Positions 1 through 15,400 are shown, counted from the first letter of the stretch. The stretch is DNA of 64,000 nt from Balanoglossus misakiensis (GCA_040954595.2 CM082589.2:5639186-5703185), one strand, 5' to 3'. Program-made: numbers and translations. Notes: generated by a model from the letters alone, not told the origin.

Positions 1-3000
1 TAAATGATTTTGAATGCGCTGATCTCAGATCGGGGTTTTGAAATGAAAGCCAAGCGACGCAGCTGCCGAAAATAAAACAAATTCCCAACATCTAGGCGTG
101 GAGAACTAATTGATCTCATTCCGCCTGAGAATTTTTATTCCCCGGGTTCGGTGCATGCATGCCGAAAGTCCCCGACGTAAGAAACACCAGGAAAATGTAG
201 AAATGAACACAGTTTTGTGTTGTACTGGAAAATGTTTTACTTTTATTTTCAATTGAGGATCACTTTGCTACTTTGTAGCCAATTCGACTAAAGTGTTTGT
301 TTTGCAAAGCGTGTGGTATGGCCATCAGTTGTCGATGATGGTTCATATGGCGTCGGCCACACATGCGTGATCGTCGACTAACTGCACATAGCCATAACAG
401 AGACGCAATTAGAGCGAAAATATTCATCTGGCCTGACTTCGACATTCTTACGTAGACACAAACAGATTTATTAAATTCGTTTTATCTTTTATTTTCTTCT
501 CAACAGGAGCCTTTTCAGCAAAACACCGCTGGCGGATAGACTAACTATTTATGAAAAATAGAAGGGATTCATCGAATGTTTTGCGCTGTGAGTGAGACAA
601 CGTCCACCCATTGACAAAATTGACGGACCGATGCAACTTTCTGCCGGCGACCATGACTGATCCATGAATATGGTGCCAAAATTGACTGGGAAAATGCCTT
701 TCACGTGATGGATCATTTCGTGTGCATTTCACTCATGCTTGATGCTTGGAGAAGTCAACTGAACTCTACTATGAATGCAGTATCGTGAACTACATTTTGA
801 TACAGACTCTTGCATTTTTAGCCGTGCTCCAACTCTAAAATCTCGTCTTGCACTGTGACCAAGACCCAACTCATAAACGAAAGAAAATGCGAACTTTTTG
901 TAAGATACAATTTTATTGAATTTGTCGTTTTCTGTGACTTTGTGCCTCTTGTTGTTGTACATGTGTTTCCTGTTTGTTCACAATTTTCATTTATTATCAT
1001 ATCGAAATCTCCTTTCTCAAGTTCATTTGTTTTGACTTCATGGAGATGGTGGGGATTTCAGCAGTCGACCTCAGATTTCCATGATTTCAGCCAAACGCAG
1101 GTCGTAACCCACACACCTTTCTCCATGGCGAAATTTCACGATTGAACAGGAAGTTGCCCATGTCGCTATGACCACTTCAAATTCGGCCATCTTGATTTTG
1201 TCGTGCGCTACAAGTGAACAGGACAAATCTTTTATTTTCGTTTGAGAAAGTGAATGATATCAACAGTCTCTATACTTTGGGGACAGCAGACATTTTCAAC
1301 ACAAATGTTTTCTGATCATATGAGAACAGTTGTACACCAGTTTCTGTGTATGGTATTTTCTTTCAATGATTATATATAAATAAAATTTAAAAGGAATAAC
1401 AGAAGCAAACTTATCTGATAACATTTAATTCTTTTAAATGGTGTCTCCAATAAGACTGGTTGGCTTGTATGTGAAACAAAATCCACGATCTGATTTCACC
1501 TGGCATGGTGTTAAAGAGCCCCTCCAATGATTGTAAGTTATGTTGGCAAGTTGTCAATTAACTCAGTATGCCTCATATATAAATTTCAATATGGTTTTTG
1601 ATGACAACAGATTGATTGATCAAACAAAGATACGGTATATATATATTGCGGACACGGCTTGTTATTGTAAAGGCACTCGAACCGATGTGAACGGGAGTCT
1701 TTGCAATTTCATTCATGCACATCTGTCACATTTTCTCTGTCGGCCAGCTCGACCATTTCCAACCCTGCATACTTTAGTTTCTCGGCAATGCGAAGAATTC
1801 GTTAAGTTTTAAGTTCTCGTTAAAATATGATCATTTCCAACTGTGCTAGTTTCGAGATCTGGACAAAACTAGAGGCGTGGTGTTTCGAAAAAATACGAGT
1901 GCGTGTTTGTCGCCAACCTCGAAATTCGCTCGTGTTTCAAACCTATCAAATTGTCGGGATAAATGCGTTCAAAACTCTTGAAATTGGAAAAAAGGCATGT
2001 CGCAGATGTTTTTATGGTATATTTTAAAGGGGACCCGAAATCGTGTGAGCGCCGATTTGCTGCCTTTACTTAAAACTGGTAAATGATAATTTGGTCGGCG
2101 TATTTAGATGCGAGTTGTAAGTAGCCCTACACCGTGTGGGGTTGATTTTGTTTCGTTGAAATTAAACCTTATTACACATGCCTGTAATTTTATTTGACAC
2201 TTCTACTTCCCGTGGGTTTGACCTGCTGACTATATTGGGAACAACCGACGCAAAAATATGTTTGAACAGCGCGAGAGTGTCACCGTAATATCGCTCTAAA
2301 TAGTGATGTGACGCGAGCGAATTTATCCGAGCGGAGCGAGTCAAGTCGCGACGAGATCAGCCCCCCTCTTCGAGTGCACGGTTGGGCGGGTCGCGCCGCC
2401 TTTGAAAAGTGTGGGAAAGGGGTGAACTCATAATCTATAGCGAGTGCAACACCTGGGGACCCCGAAAACCCGGTGTGTACTTTAGGCAGCAACGGGCCTG
2501 GGGAGTTTATGAACTGGCGAACAACAATTTGATGCCTTGTGTGTTTTGCGACACGCTGCACGCGGAAAATAAAAATTCCAATCGGACAAGCCACAGCGAA
2601 CATCCACCACAATACGGACAGGGCAAGTCTAAACAAGTCTGAATTTAAAAAAACGCATTCGAATATCCATTATTTTCAGCGGCCTTGTATAAAACACATT
2701 CACTGGAATATATTTATATAACAACTAGCCTTTATGACCAAGCAGAACGACACAAGGCCCCTTGGCCTCTCTCGAAACTGCCTGAAGTTTTGTGGTAATA
2801 AACGACACGGCTGTTTAGTTGGCGTGTTGATATTAGGGCAGACGCCGAGACTGGTCACAGACTGCTGTCATTGCTTGTATACTCTAGTGTGTGTATACGA
2901 CTCGGGGTGATGAAATAGAACCGATACGATATATAGATATATCACACATCCTCAACGACGGACTTGGCTTGGTATGTCACCCTATCGCCAAAAACCAGAC

Positions 3001-4640
3001 GCATCCAGCATCTGGTCGAAGTGGGATGGGCCAGTTTGGATGAGTGGTTTTCACGTCAGGGGCGCAGGAGGGCGGCCTTTGTTACCACAGCACCAGGAGC
3101 ATGTGACTGCCAGAAAGCTGGAGCCGAAATGCCCGAAAATGGTTATTTCAATATTGAAAAGAAAGTCATTTAGCCATGTGCAACGGCCATTAATGTCTGA
3201 TTGTGTAATCGTATATCTGCCATCTATATCAATTTTCCCATGACGTGTACAATGTATCCAAACTCTTGTCCCATAAAAGCATTGTATGAATATATTAAAT
3301 ACATAATTACTATCTCAGAAAATGACTAAAATATCGTGAAAGGGAAAGTCTTATTGACCTCGTGCACTGAAAAAACGAGACACGTTGTGTATCTAGCTAA
3401 CGTTGCCTTTTTCTCACGGCGCCTTCTGAAAATAGAACAGAGCCAGTCGTTTCATGTCAGAACAAGCACCATCTTTTTTCATAGTGGAAAGACTTGAAGG
3501 CTGGCGAAATTAAAACTACAATGGTGCGGAATACCCAGATACCCAATTTGGAAGCCTTCAACTAGCCTGTGTATTTGTGACTGCGAGAGAAAGACTGTGG
3601 CGTCGTCATATGACCTCAGCTTTCCAACGCTACTGTCTTCAATCTGGCATTTGGTACATAGTAAAAGGAAATATGTCATAGATTTCAATGCCCGCTGACG
3701 AAAACCTGTTCCCGATAAAAAATAGGTGTTCAGCTATTGTGAATCGACAGAAAGGGCTTGATTAAATTTTAACTAGTATTGTCTGGATATGAAATAATAA
3801 TACCTCTTCGGTCAAAATATCTAAAATCACCAAAATGCAGCGAGCATTAAATGAAAAGAACGATTGTTTCTAATCCTCTGGGTTCTGCCACCTTCACTAT
3901 CAGTTGTACTCGATTCATGTCTTGAACTAAATTGAAATTTAACATCGTTCTATTTTCTAATCACAAGCAGTCTGATAACGAAGATGGCCGCATAGCAAGA
4001 TGATTCCGCTCACCAGACAAAGAAATACTGCCATGTTACGTTTGACCTCTTCCAAAATCTGAAGAATTGCTTTTCGCCCCATGATAACCGAACTGATCAA
4101 AATCGACCAATTATCGGCCATCGCATCGCGTCCATCATCGCTCCATAATCGAGACGCGCTCATGTGTGTCACCCGTTCCATAAAATACTTTATACTGCGA
4201 TGATGGATGTTAAAATCAACAGCAAGTTTTGAAAATGGAGTAACGTGGTTCATGTAATTATCTTTCGAATCCAGATACAAGACTAAAATGTTGTTAGCTC
4301 TGCTGGTAAGTGTTCAGACTATGTGCGTGTCAATACTTTTTTTCGTCAATGACCGAAACGTAAATGCATATCCATCAAACATTCGGTGCATTCGGGGCCA
4401 TCACCTGACAGATTCAGTTTATCGATTTTTATCACGCAAATTTAGGCAGAATTGAAACGCTACAGTGTCCCTTTTAGCTGCCTATAAAACTTGGGGCTTG
4501 CACGCAATGGCACACTATGTTACTCGATTCGAAATGTATAATTTTATTACCCGTTGTGGATCTATGTAATGAAAATATTCAATCAATTACCCCATAGAAT
4601 TCTGTGTTCATGATTGCATTATCCCATTACCAGTTTAAAA

Positions 4641-5983
4641 ATCGCGTCAAGGACACGGTGGTCCCATTGAGTGATTACACAAGAAAAAGTCTACACCGGA
4701 GTACATGGCCATATACAGACAGACACACACACATAGCGAGAGATCAATGGGCAACACTGACTGACCGATAAGCTGCTAATGGCATATGTACTGTACATAC
4801 ACTAAATAGAACAGCTGGCCTCTTTAAAACTTAGCCAGTTATGTAATCGGACATACAGACATACATCCATCCATCCATACATACAGGCGCAACGGTCCCA
4901 TACCAATGGGACCCAACAACAATCTAATATCAGACTGTCGACACAGAGATCTGATGGGACGATGAATGCTAAGATGAACTGTATAGCTCTCAAATCACAG
5001 CAAAAGAAGGCGATACAAAAGCTTGGGGTGTGTTGCGCTGACCTGCGTTAACAGATCCCGTGAGGAGTACGGTGCCCAGAGCGCTAACACATCCCCAAAC
5101 TCCCGCGACCTCTTTTGCACACAACAATACAATGGCGGCCTCGCACGAGCCTCTCACAAACATAAACATCCCTGTGTCTACAAAATGAACACTGTATAGC
5201 TCTCAAATCACAGCAAAAGAAGGCGATACAAAAGCTTGGGGTGTGTTGCGCTGACCTGCGTTAACAGATCCCGTGAGGAGTACGGTGCCCAGAGTGCTAA
5301 CACATCCCCAATACGAACTCATGGACACAAACTATTTATATTTCTAGGTCCAAAACTTTAACTACAGTGAGACAAAACTGTTAGGCTTTTCTCATATTTA
5401 AATCAAGTATTGAAATGCAAAATAAAGTGTTAAAATGCAAATTAAGACCGACGGGAGTGGTTCTTCTTTTCTCCAATGAAGTTCAACTTTGCTCAATGGG
5501 CAAACACTGACTGACCCATAAGCTGCCAATTTCATATGTACTGTACATACACTAAATAGAACAGCTGGCCTCTTTAAAACTTAGCCAGTTATGTAATCAT
5601 TCAGGAATTTGCTGTGTTTATGTGAATAACAGGAGGGAGTTTCTGCCTAATTAAAACAACTCAATAAAGTAAATACACACCACTTTGCAAAGCAATCTGA
5701 CCAGTAGTTCTTGAGTTACTGAGTTTTGACCAAATTCACATTTTTCCAGCTAATTTGCATATTTTTGGCAATGACAACTTCATTTGAACAAACTCCCATC
5801 TACAGCCCAGCCTGCATCAGCACACCAAATATTGAGGTGATACGCGCAGCGGTTTTCAAGTTTTTGATGTGGACGGACATACAGACATACATCCATCCAT
5901 ACATACATAAATCCATACATACATACATACAGACGCAACCGATCCCATAAGGTCCCATGGTACATACCAATGGGACCCAAAAA
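4641..5983 (+). mobile_element. Cluster of rearranged non-autonomous Helentron/HINE-like ('pearl'-type) elements with internal duplications
   Basis: Direct repeats at 4744-4848 vs 5493-5598, 4849-4917 vs 5875-5980, and 4975-5097 vs 5186-5311. Two copies end in a (CATA/CATC/GACA)n microsatellite followed by a GGTCCCAT...ATGGGACC palindrome (5951-5977) and an A-run. GGTCCCATTG near 4660 is the inverse of CAATGGGACC. Microsatellite plus 3' palindrome is the known HINE architecture; the family assignment is inference. Confidence 0.6.
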
Positions 5984-6735
5984 TCACACGGTAATATCCA
6001 AGCGGTATTTTATGTTGAATATGACAGTTCACAACATTTTATAACACTGGTGTTCTGGATTTTACTTTTAGCCCTAAAAAGCCGAAAATATATTTATATA
6101 CCATATGCTAGGACATTATTTTCACTGCATGTTTACCCAGTGGATATTTACCCCTACACTACCCCTAGCTGATGAGTTGGAATATCCGAGCGGTAATTGT
6201 CTAGGAGTATCCCTGATACATGTATACCTTTATGTGTTTAAAAGATGGACGTTAATTGCTTCTTCCACCCTACAGCCGGATCGGTAGCTCTATGCCAATA
6301 AAGTTATTAATATAAATAATAATTACAGCAACACACGGGCGCGAAATCCACTTTTTCTTAAATTTACTAATTTTATATTACAATGTCCAGGACTATATGT
6401 GTACAGTCACTCATTTTCTCCAAAGCGAAGAGAACACGATGACAATCGCCGAGGCTGCTGTTTCAGCTTTCCCGTCGGGTTCACTCACAAAACGCCCCGA
6501 GGCCGTCATGCCCATCGCTCGTACTATATGAGTCGATCTATCGGTGATGGGTGACACCCCTGAGATAAAAAAATGCGATGTAAAACATCTTGTTAAATCG
6601 AGCGACACCCGACACCAGCAACGGATACGCCATGAATTTTTCACTAAGCAAAGTTATCATCGTGTATGGGCTACTGGCTTGAAGAAAATTGCAGCGTGTG
6701 TGAGTGTAGACCGACTATGCGGCACGTATGGGTGA

Positions 6736-6736
<1 letters not shown>

Positions 6737-6804
<68 letters not shown>

Positions 6805-6823
6805 CATCCATCCATCCATCCAT
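6737..6823. repeat. (TATC)n followed by (TCCA)n microsatellite
   Basis: Directly visible tetranucleotide arrays. Confidence 0.95.
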
Positions 6824-7076
6824 CGCCTGTCTATTCTATATCTACACACATAGGGAAGGGATATCATGAAAATGACTTCAAATTTGATTGGTCACTGCAT
6901 CCAATATTGAGTCAGTAATGCGTAGCAATCGATGATGGCTAACATATGTCGTTATTATCGGCAGTTTGTGATATAACGAGTAGCTAATAGGTCTTTTCAC
7001 ACTGCCAGTCATTCGAAAGCTTTGTTCGCTTGACTCGTTTTAAATACACGTTCAAATAAATCGATAAATGTTCCGC

Positions 7077-7116
7077 TCTCTCTATCTCTCTCTTTCCCTC
7101 TGCCTTTCTCTTTCTC

Positions 7117-7165
<49 letters not shown>

Positions 7166-7168
7166 ATG
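7077..7168. repeat. Compound (CT)-rich / (TG)n / (TATG)n microsatellite
   Basis: Directly visible. Confidence 0.9.
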
Positions 7169-10100
7169 AAATATATATGATACAATGATGAAGATCATGA
7201 TATACATGCGACATATACATTGCCAAGAAGTCACGCTTTAGTTATAAATAACAAGGACCTGTATCAAAAATGTTGAAATGACTGAGTGAAAATAGTTTAA
7301 ATTTATAAACACAGACTGCGCGCCGTACAGGGAACAATTGAAAAACCGAAGATCAAATTTATAAACAGATTGCGTGTGACACATGTATGTTATAAGGACT
7401 ACTTGTCGGCTAAACGTTTTAATATCCCCTCTTGTTGAGACCGTGTTTATTTTAATCTCCAGCCCACGTTGTAAAGTTATTGAGACTGTTCAAAATGCGC
7501 GTGATCCCAGAGCCAGCTATGCATTATTTAATATCAGAGTAAAAATATGAGCAGATGTCCCGCGTTCGTTCCACTTCATCTGGCTTGCAATATGCTCTGG
7601 TGTCGAATTCTGTGAAAATTAGAACTCGATAACACCGAGTTTTATTTCTATAGAATTCGACTATCCCTCGCTAGTCGCACGATGCAAAGTTCCCATTAAT
7701 GACCAATTGTATATGCGATTGTCCCGCGAGATTCCAGCTTCCCAGTTTACATGTTATCTCTGCGAATATAAATATTTTAGTACTGACTCCCGAAAGCCAT
7801 ATATAAAATATTTTCTCACATTTCAGAAAAGTCCATTAAAAGATCGCTATTGGAAATTTTGTAAAACGTTATTACCGTTTAAACAGAACTTGACACGCTC
7901 ACGTATCGATTTCTGCCTTAATTCGTGTCATAATTACAAAGGCTTAATTTTTCAGTTTTTTTTAGAATCCTAGCGGGATACCGTCTATGTCTCCGCGTTT
8001 CTCATCGCATTTGTTTACACGTCATACCTTTTCCCCCACGCTTTCTTCAATTCACATTTCCCACCACCCTCTCTACATCCCATGCCCAATTTGACCCCCC
8101 CCCCCCCTAAAACGCAAAATCGGTATGTTATCAGCAGCGCAAGTGAGAATCAAATCACCATACACGTCACAGCAGAACGAAAGTCCCAGTGAGGTAAAGG
8201 TGCAAATGAAATACACCATTGCACCAGCGTTCTCTGACAAAACTGGACCTATAAGGGGGAAGGGCACAGGGACCCCCATGGGACTGAAGGACGATTCCTT
8301 GAGCGAGGTGCCAAAATCCTGCCGGGCATGGAGGCTCCGTGAACCATCTGGATATGTTTGCCATGGCATCTATTGTTAGAAGGCCGTCACAAATTAACTG
8401 GCCGGTGTAAGTGTGAAGTGGTGATATGTGCATAATAACCCCGTACCAGGAACTTTTAATAGTGTCACACCGCGGATGTGTTGAATACATGCATGTGTCA
8501 AAATAGGAAAACCACAACGCTTCGCTGCACATGGAGTGTTTGATGTCAGTGGCACTTTCGAAGTATTCGTTTTCTTGTTTGTTTTTTCCTCCCCTTCCCT
8601 TCACTAGTTTACTCCTACACTCGAGTTATTTTTGTATACCAGTGATCGGTCTTTTCATCACGCTTCCATTTCTCAGGTCTTCCTGATTGCTTGAGTCTAT
8701 GTACAGAGGTGCTCGCAACTACAATTTGACTAGTCGCCTTCACCGTTTGATTTCCTGCACGCACCCCGTTCCTAGCTCAATACCGCTGTCTTGTTTGGGG
8801 TTGCTTTTTTTAAACCTGGTGTAGTCTGTCTTAGTATAAACCACACATTCATTGTAATAAATACACCTTCCGCATATATAGACTACGATAGGCAAAACAG
8901 CCAGCAAGCAGCGCTAAGTCAAGTATCGTATTACGCATGCGCTGATTGGCCCTGCTTCCATCTTGTCGGTCAATCGAAAAGCAACTGTTTGATTTATTTG
9001 ATCGATACCCGAGGAAAGATAACACAGATGCGAGTGAGATTGTTTCATTTCGTCTCGCGGGAGTTGTCACGGCAAACGCAATCCGTGAGAACCTGGCCGA
9101 ATTTTATTCATCGGTTCAGCTTTTATCATCGAAGCATGTTCAGATCAAATGCAAGATTGAACACGTGTTTTGTCGGCAGTTTGTTGAAAAGGGCTAAAAC
9201 AGGACCAAACAGTAATATCATATAGACTATAGGCGGATTGGATTTTTAATAGACTAGGCAATCAGCAGTGTCGCTTCGTGGGAACACTTGCTCATATTTA
9301 AAATTAAGTTAGTTGCTTCTGGTGCGTGTTGTCACTCGGTAAAGTCTCAGGCTGGTGAATAAATTAAGCTTTCAGTCAGTCAGCGAGCGTGTGACATAAT
9401 TAGAGAAACACGTGAATCTAGCCCCAATAATTTTCAAACTTCATTAAACGTTTCTTGGTGAGCGCGATAGCATGACGTGATATTTCAGTTAGAATCGGGC
9501 TAAAATTGCCTAATTATTTTGGAAAAGTTCCAGCTACATTAGGACTTCCGGGAAATTGCCTTATGGGAAAAGCAACAGCGACACTTCAACGTGCGTCTGT
9601 GACGGAGAATAAAATCATGATTTATAAATTCGCACCAGAAAATAAAGAGTTGACGACTTTAAAAAATGCATTAAATACGGGAAGTGCGTGTGTCGGCGAC
9701 CAATAGTTTGTTTCTGACAAACGACGTTTTCCCATCATGCTAATGGAGATGAGAATCGTGTCCATACACGACACGATACGTTTTCGATATTTATGTTTTA
9801 TCGGTTAATTACGTCGATGCACGAAAAAGTGCATGTTTAAACCTATCCTAGTTTAAAACGTTAGCATTCAAAATTCTGCATTAAACGAACAGTCCAACTA
9901 GAAGACAAAAAGAAACCGAATTTTGATGTGATGTTTTCAGTATACTTTTTGTCACCAAGCCCCCAAAGAAATTTTACATTATTGTGATTATACACTTCAG
10001 CGATCGGGAGAGAAAGTGTATTTCCCAATTTGTCGCACTGACAAAAATGATACTACTATGTACAAGCAGAACCGTTAGATGGTTTCCAGTTTTGAAGTAA

Positions 10101-12417
10101 TTTCCTAAACCTTTTCAAAGTAGAGTATATGATTTCCAGGCTTTTCCCATCAAAGACTTGGGCGGATCATCGGATGACAACATCCTGGACGAAACTTTGC
10201 ATTTTAATGACGTTATTAATTTTAACGGTTTGTGTAAACCTATTCCTTTCTTCTCTTCTCGCTGTTATCGTAAACCGAGAACACGACGGGAAAAAATCAA
10301 CTGAAGGAGGACGTTCCAGTCGCGTTCGGCGCCTGACGCGGGGAGGGGAGAAGGCGCGCGTTCATCGGACGCGCTCCCGTGCAGTTACTCTGCCAAGTGA
10401 GATATTTGTGAACGATGAACTAGCATATTATCAAACTGCGGGTTCCTCTGATATTACACGTAAAACCACTATTTCTACCCGGCTTCCACGGCGTGCGTGG
10501 TCGATACCGTCTCGAATAACTAATCACTAACAGGAGAAGCCTGCATCGCGTTTCGAGATGGTCCATTTTTATGATGAACTGTAATTTGATCGGCGGCGCA
10601 GTTCTTTGACTCCTGGCCTGAGAAATCTTCTTCAAAAACCTCGACACGAAACATTCGTGCGCCGTAAATATTTTACAAGAATTCAGCGTTCGTTAATCCA
10701 GAACCATCCCCTCATAACGAAGCGATCGCAGCGTGTTTCAATATTTAAGGCGTTTCTCTATCGCAAAATGAAGATTAGAAATTTCCCCTCAATGCTACGC
10801 TAAATACAGAGAGTGACTCATGCTGCAGTTTCGAACTTCATTATCGTATTAAAAGCAATATTGGGATTGTGCGAGAGAACGCTCAGAGCTTCTTTTTAAC
10901 ACAACCAGGTCATTGTATTTTCCAGTTTTAAAAAAGGTGTCATATTCATAAAGCTTGAGTCTTGTCGAGTGACGTGTTCGAGTTTCTGGTAGATTTTAAG
11001 GGGCGAAGTCGACGGTGGCGCAATGCGGATCCCGGGCGAAATCACCGCCGCGCAGCGCGAATGCAGGATTAAGAAGTTCCAATTCGGGAAAAGCGCGCAT
11101 TAAGAGGATTGCCATGGTAATCGGCGGGGTTTAGCGCCAAAGATACCCGTAGCAACAACTGGAAATGCGTTCTCGGTCGTTGCTGATACCATGATGCGGC
11201 GAATGAAAAGTTCATGAATGGGCTTGGAGCTATCTCGGCTCCGATATATACCGCTGCACGGGATTACGCAAACTGTTCCCATTGAACCGTAATCGTATCT
11301 TCTCCCTTGCGACGGAAAAGAAATTCCCTCTTTTTGAGATTTGGCGGTATCTTTGCGCTGGGCGGGGCAATTAAAGTGCATGGCCGAGGATAATAATATC
11401 GCTCGGAAATGTTGAAATAAATCAACGCGGAGAAGATATCGTTCCAAAATGGCCGCCCTCATGCAGAAACGACCTGCGAGATAACAACACAAACATTATC
11501 GCATGCTGTCCTTCTGCACATACACATGAAACACATCCAGAAATCCTCGATTGTTCGAAGCGACTTGGATTTTCGTGAAGCAAGCTATGAGCAGACAAGA
11601 ACAGCAAAGATTGCCGTCGTTGGCATATTCCAAAACCCAATTACCAGATGACAAAACACCATAGCGATAGCGATAACCTGGATATGGTGGAAAACACTAT
11701 GAATAATTTATCTATACCTTGGGTTATTCTTCTCGTTGGTTTTATTCTATCAATTACATTTTCCCCGAACTGTCAGATTTGTGAATAGGTGAGCCTTGAT
11801 GATAATCATTTTGAAGGGGAAAATGGACCAAGCAGAATTGATGTACGAAGAAGATTTTGAATAGCCCTATAATCCCAAGCATGTACAGCAGATACGATTC
11901 AGGTATTAGGCATATTGTTGTATACCATCGCGATCATGAGATTTGAAATATCTCTCTCTCTCTCTTCCCACCTCTCTCTCCCTCTCCCTCCCAAAGCCAA
12001 TCATCAGAATCACTAGACAGGTTCAGCATTTTTCTTGAATGTAAAGTCTCATGTCGCACTAATTATTTGCTCATCACAATACATAAACACGTGACAATAG
12101 GCTCTGTTAAAGATCTTAACACAGTCGCCATGTACAACGGCGAGGGGACGTCGACATACGGTTAATTTTGGTTTGAAAAGAAAACGCAACGTGAATCCAG
12201 CGAGACCAAAGGATATATGTGTAATGTTTTTTCGTTGTCTCAACTGAACTCTTGATCATCACTAAGTAGAAGTCTGGCCACACCAAATTAAAAAATTCAA
12301 CATACATATTCGTAATCGAATTCTTAATCAACGAATAAATACTATGGGTTCTATTATTACTTTTAATCAGGCGATGAAAAGAAAAGTAATTCTAATCTCT
12401 CTCGTTTTCCTCGCCAC

Positions 12418-12449
<32 letters not shown>
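12418..12449. repeat. (CT)n microsatellite; a similar tract lies at about 11951-11991
   Basis: Directly visible. Confidence 0.9.
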
Positions 12450-15400
12450 GAGACCAGTTTTGTTGTCTCCAGCGACACGCGCACGGAGTGTCTCTTTGGG
12501 ATTCAATTGTTCAGACTTTCTCCGCGCCGATGAGTCCCACACCGATAAATATAAACCACTGCACGTGAGGCAAAAATGCCGAGGAAAGAAATCATCCCAA
12601 GCCGTGCCGTGATAAACGCGCTAAATTACTTCAACCGATCATTAAAGACCGGAGTCTGCGTTTATTTTAATGTCGGCGCGCCACACGCTATTTTTTCGCA
12701 TTTTCGTGATTAAAAAACGAAGCCTCATGATTCTATAAGTGCGCGTCCACCCGATGAAGTATCCAATGGCGATGGCGTGATGTATTTGAGATGCTGCCTT
12801 CGCCATCCATCTAATAACTTTCCCTCCTGCAGCGGTGAACATTTGAATATTTTCCTTCTTTTAAAACGCCTCGTCATATTCCCATCTTTATGATTAGTAA
12901 AAAGCTCGCTAAACCCAGAGGCGTGATCCTACACACTTTGCTGTGTCGACTCCCAGGCAATGCTGAGTGTTTTTTTTCTGCTTAAAAAGAAGCCGAATTT
13001 CTTTCGGCGGAACCTGTGCCCATGAAATAACCGAGAGATGTGTTTAGGGTCGGGTGGATCGGCATAGCTGAATTTCACCTCATTAGGAGTCATTTATTTT
13101 TTTGAACTGCCGAGTGGAGACAATTTTCAATCAAGCGAAGCGGGGTTCCAGGGGGCGAAAACACGGCGACGCTGTTCTGTTCCGGTTGCATCGTGCTGAG
13201 TGCACGTGTGTAAGGGACGTGGAGTCTTTGAAATATGGAATATTATATAGAAATACCGTGATAAAACTCCATAACATTAGCTTTAATGGCGTTCTGAATA
13301 ACACAGGTGCAGTGGGTGCTGCCAATATTCCGTTTGCATTTCCCGAATGCACGTGTGTGCTAAACTGGGGAGATGAGAGCGCTCGTATAACAACCCCGTG
13401 CTAATGGCGCAGCGCTCCGTGTCAGCGTCATCCAATGGACATCGGGCGCGCTGCCGGATTCAATCCCCCGTCTATACGTACATACACGCTGCACATATTA
13501 AATAAGGGCCCGGCACGCGGCGCTACACTTGGACGTTCGGCAAGCTATGGCCCCCCTGTTGCGTTGCCATGGATATCGGTGAATGATCTAGGCGATTCTG
13601 GTTAGAAACTTTCGCAGCTGACGCTGACTTCATAAGTTGGCTATAGCCACCCGCCGGTTTCGCGTATTCGCGTCAGTGACTGTAATTAATTTTCAATCAA
13701 ACGGTCCGCGCCGTAATGACAGAATTTCATATTTGGGTTGATGGGTCCCGCCAATCGCTTTCCGTGACATTTAATATATCGCGGGGGGGGGGGGGGGAGA
13801 AATGCGAGGTTGTTTGACACAGAGCGAAGTGACATCTGAAAATCCAAACTTTCAAAACGAGGGAAAATGGCAAATACTGAAATAGAAAAAAAAGTCGTCA
13901 TCGATAAACTCGAAGGGGGTCGATGGGTAGTCGTTATCATTTTTAATGGACGTTTTATATTATCTACATCAATTATGTAAGTTTCATAGGGCCATTAACG
14001 ATTGATGGCAGGATTTCGAAAATGTCAGACAATGCATTTGCCGCGAGATAAGCCCCACGGAATGCCCGCGACTCGGATTTTAAGCGAGCTAAGAAATCCC
14101 CGTCAGCTATAAAGGGTGTCTTGTTTGGTCCATCTTCGACACTTGGTTGCCATGGCAAAAGATGTATGTTATGACCCAGTGAAATGTGGTCAAGTGATGT
14201 TCTGTGCGCATTGCGACGAGAACGAGGCTTATAGTCTGCATTGAGGTTTTTGGAAAGCGGTGACGCCATCATGAATTTGGATAATTCAATCCTGTTCACC
14301 CGTTTCAGACTAGAGTCAACTCTATTCGTTCCATAAAATTCCCGTTACTGATACTTCGGTTTACTTTGTGTACAACGCTAAATAATGAACAGTCAAAATT
14401 GATAGTTTCTGTCAAAACTAGGCGTGTAACGTATACTCCGTTATTTTCCAGTTGGGTAGCCCGCGAGACCGGAGAGAAAACGACAAAGCCATGGGGCCGA
14501 AAATCACCGGGTCCCGGTGGTTGCGGCCACAATAATAGTCTTGCCAAAACGCTCAGGCCGCAGGGGGTTGCGTGTTCGTTCGTCGATAATTTCAGTGAAT
14601 TACATACGGTGATGAAATCTCATCCATCAAACGATATTTTTGCATGTTAAATTTTTAACAATAGTGATGGCTGTTACGTCGAATGAGATGGGCATGCGCT
14701 GACTACACCGTCCGATTTTTTGAAGTCGGCAGTTCGATCCAAAAGCGATCATCCAGTACAGATCAAAGTTTTCGGGGGAATGTCCTATAAAGTAGTTTCG
14801 AGATAGCCGCACATGTACGGGGAAAGAGTATAGAAATCATTCTTCTCTCAATGTGCGAGATTTCACGAGACCTGACAGACTTATCAACGACCAGAATCAA
14901 AGCATCATTTCTGCAATGATACTAACGTAACACCGATAGTCATTTATACCACGACACGGTCCCTGATCACAATTTCTTTGGCGAGACGACAGAAGAGCGG
15001 TGTTTCAAGCTCCCGTACCGTAGCCTCGGCGTCACGGTGTGCGCGAGGCTCGCATGGTAATGCAAGCGATTAATCATTTCCACATGTATATCGGGGTCTA
15101 TAATACAGTTTATTTTCCCCTTTTAAACACATACTGACTCGTATTTAATTATCCTAGCGGTTAGTTGCCCAGGCGACCAGAACCCGGGCTCGTCAATGTT
15201 GATGATGACGTATTGTATTCATTGTTGTTCACGTTTACTACCTACTGTATGCAAATTAGTTGGAACGGTGGTTGATTGATGGCTCGGAATGGGCTTCATA
15301 TCAATTTTCATATTGAGACACATCACACGGCGAGGTAGAAATGGCGAGGAAAAACAAACCAGGCAGCGACAAACCAAAATTTGTCGGAAAATTTCGGATG

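Noticed and set aside
4975-5311. Direct repeats as a CRISPR array
   Set aside because: Only two copies of about 125 bp, eukaryotic context, no cas genes; part of a TE cluster.
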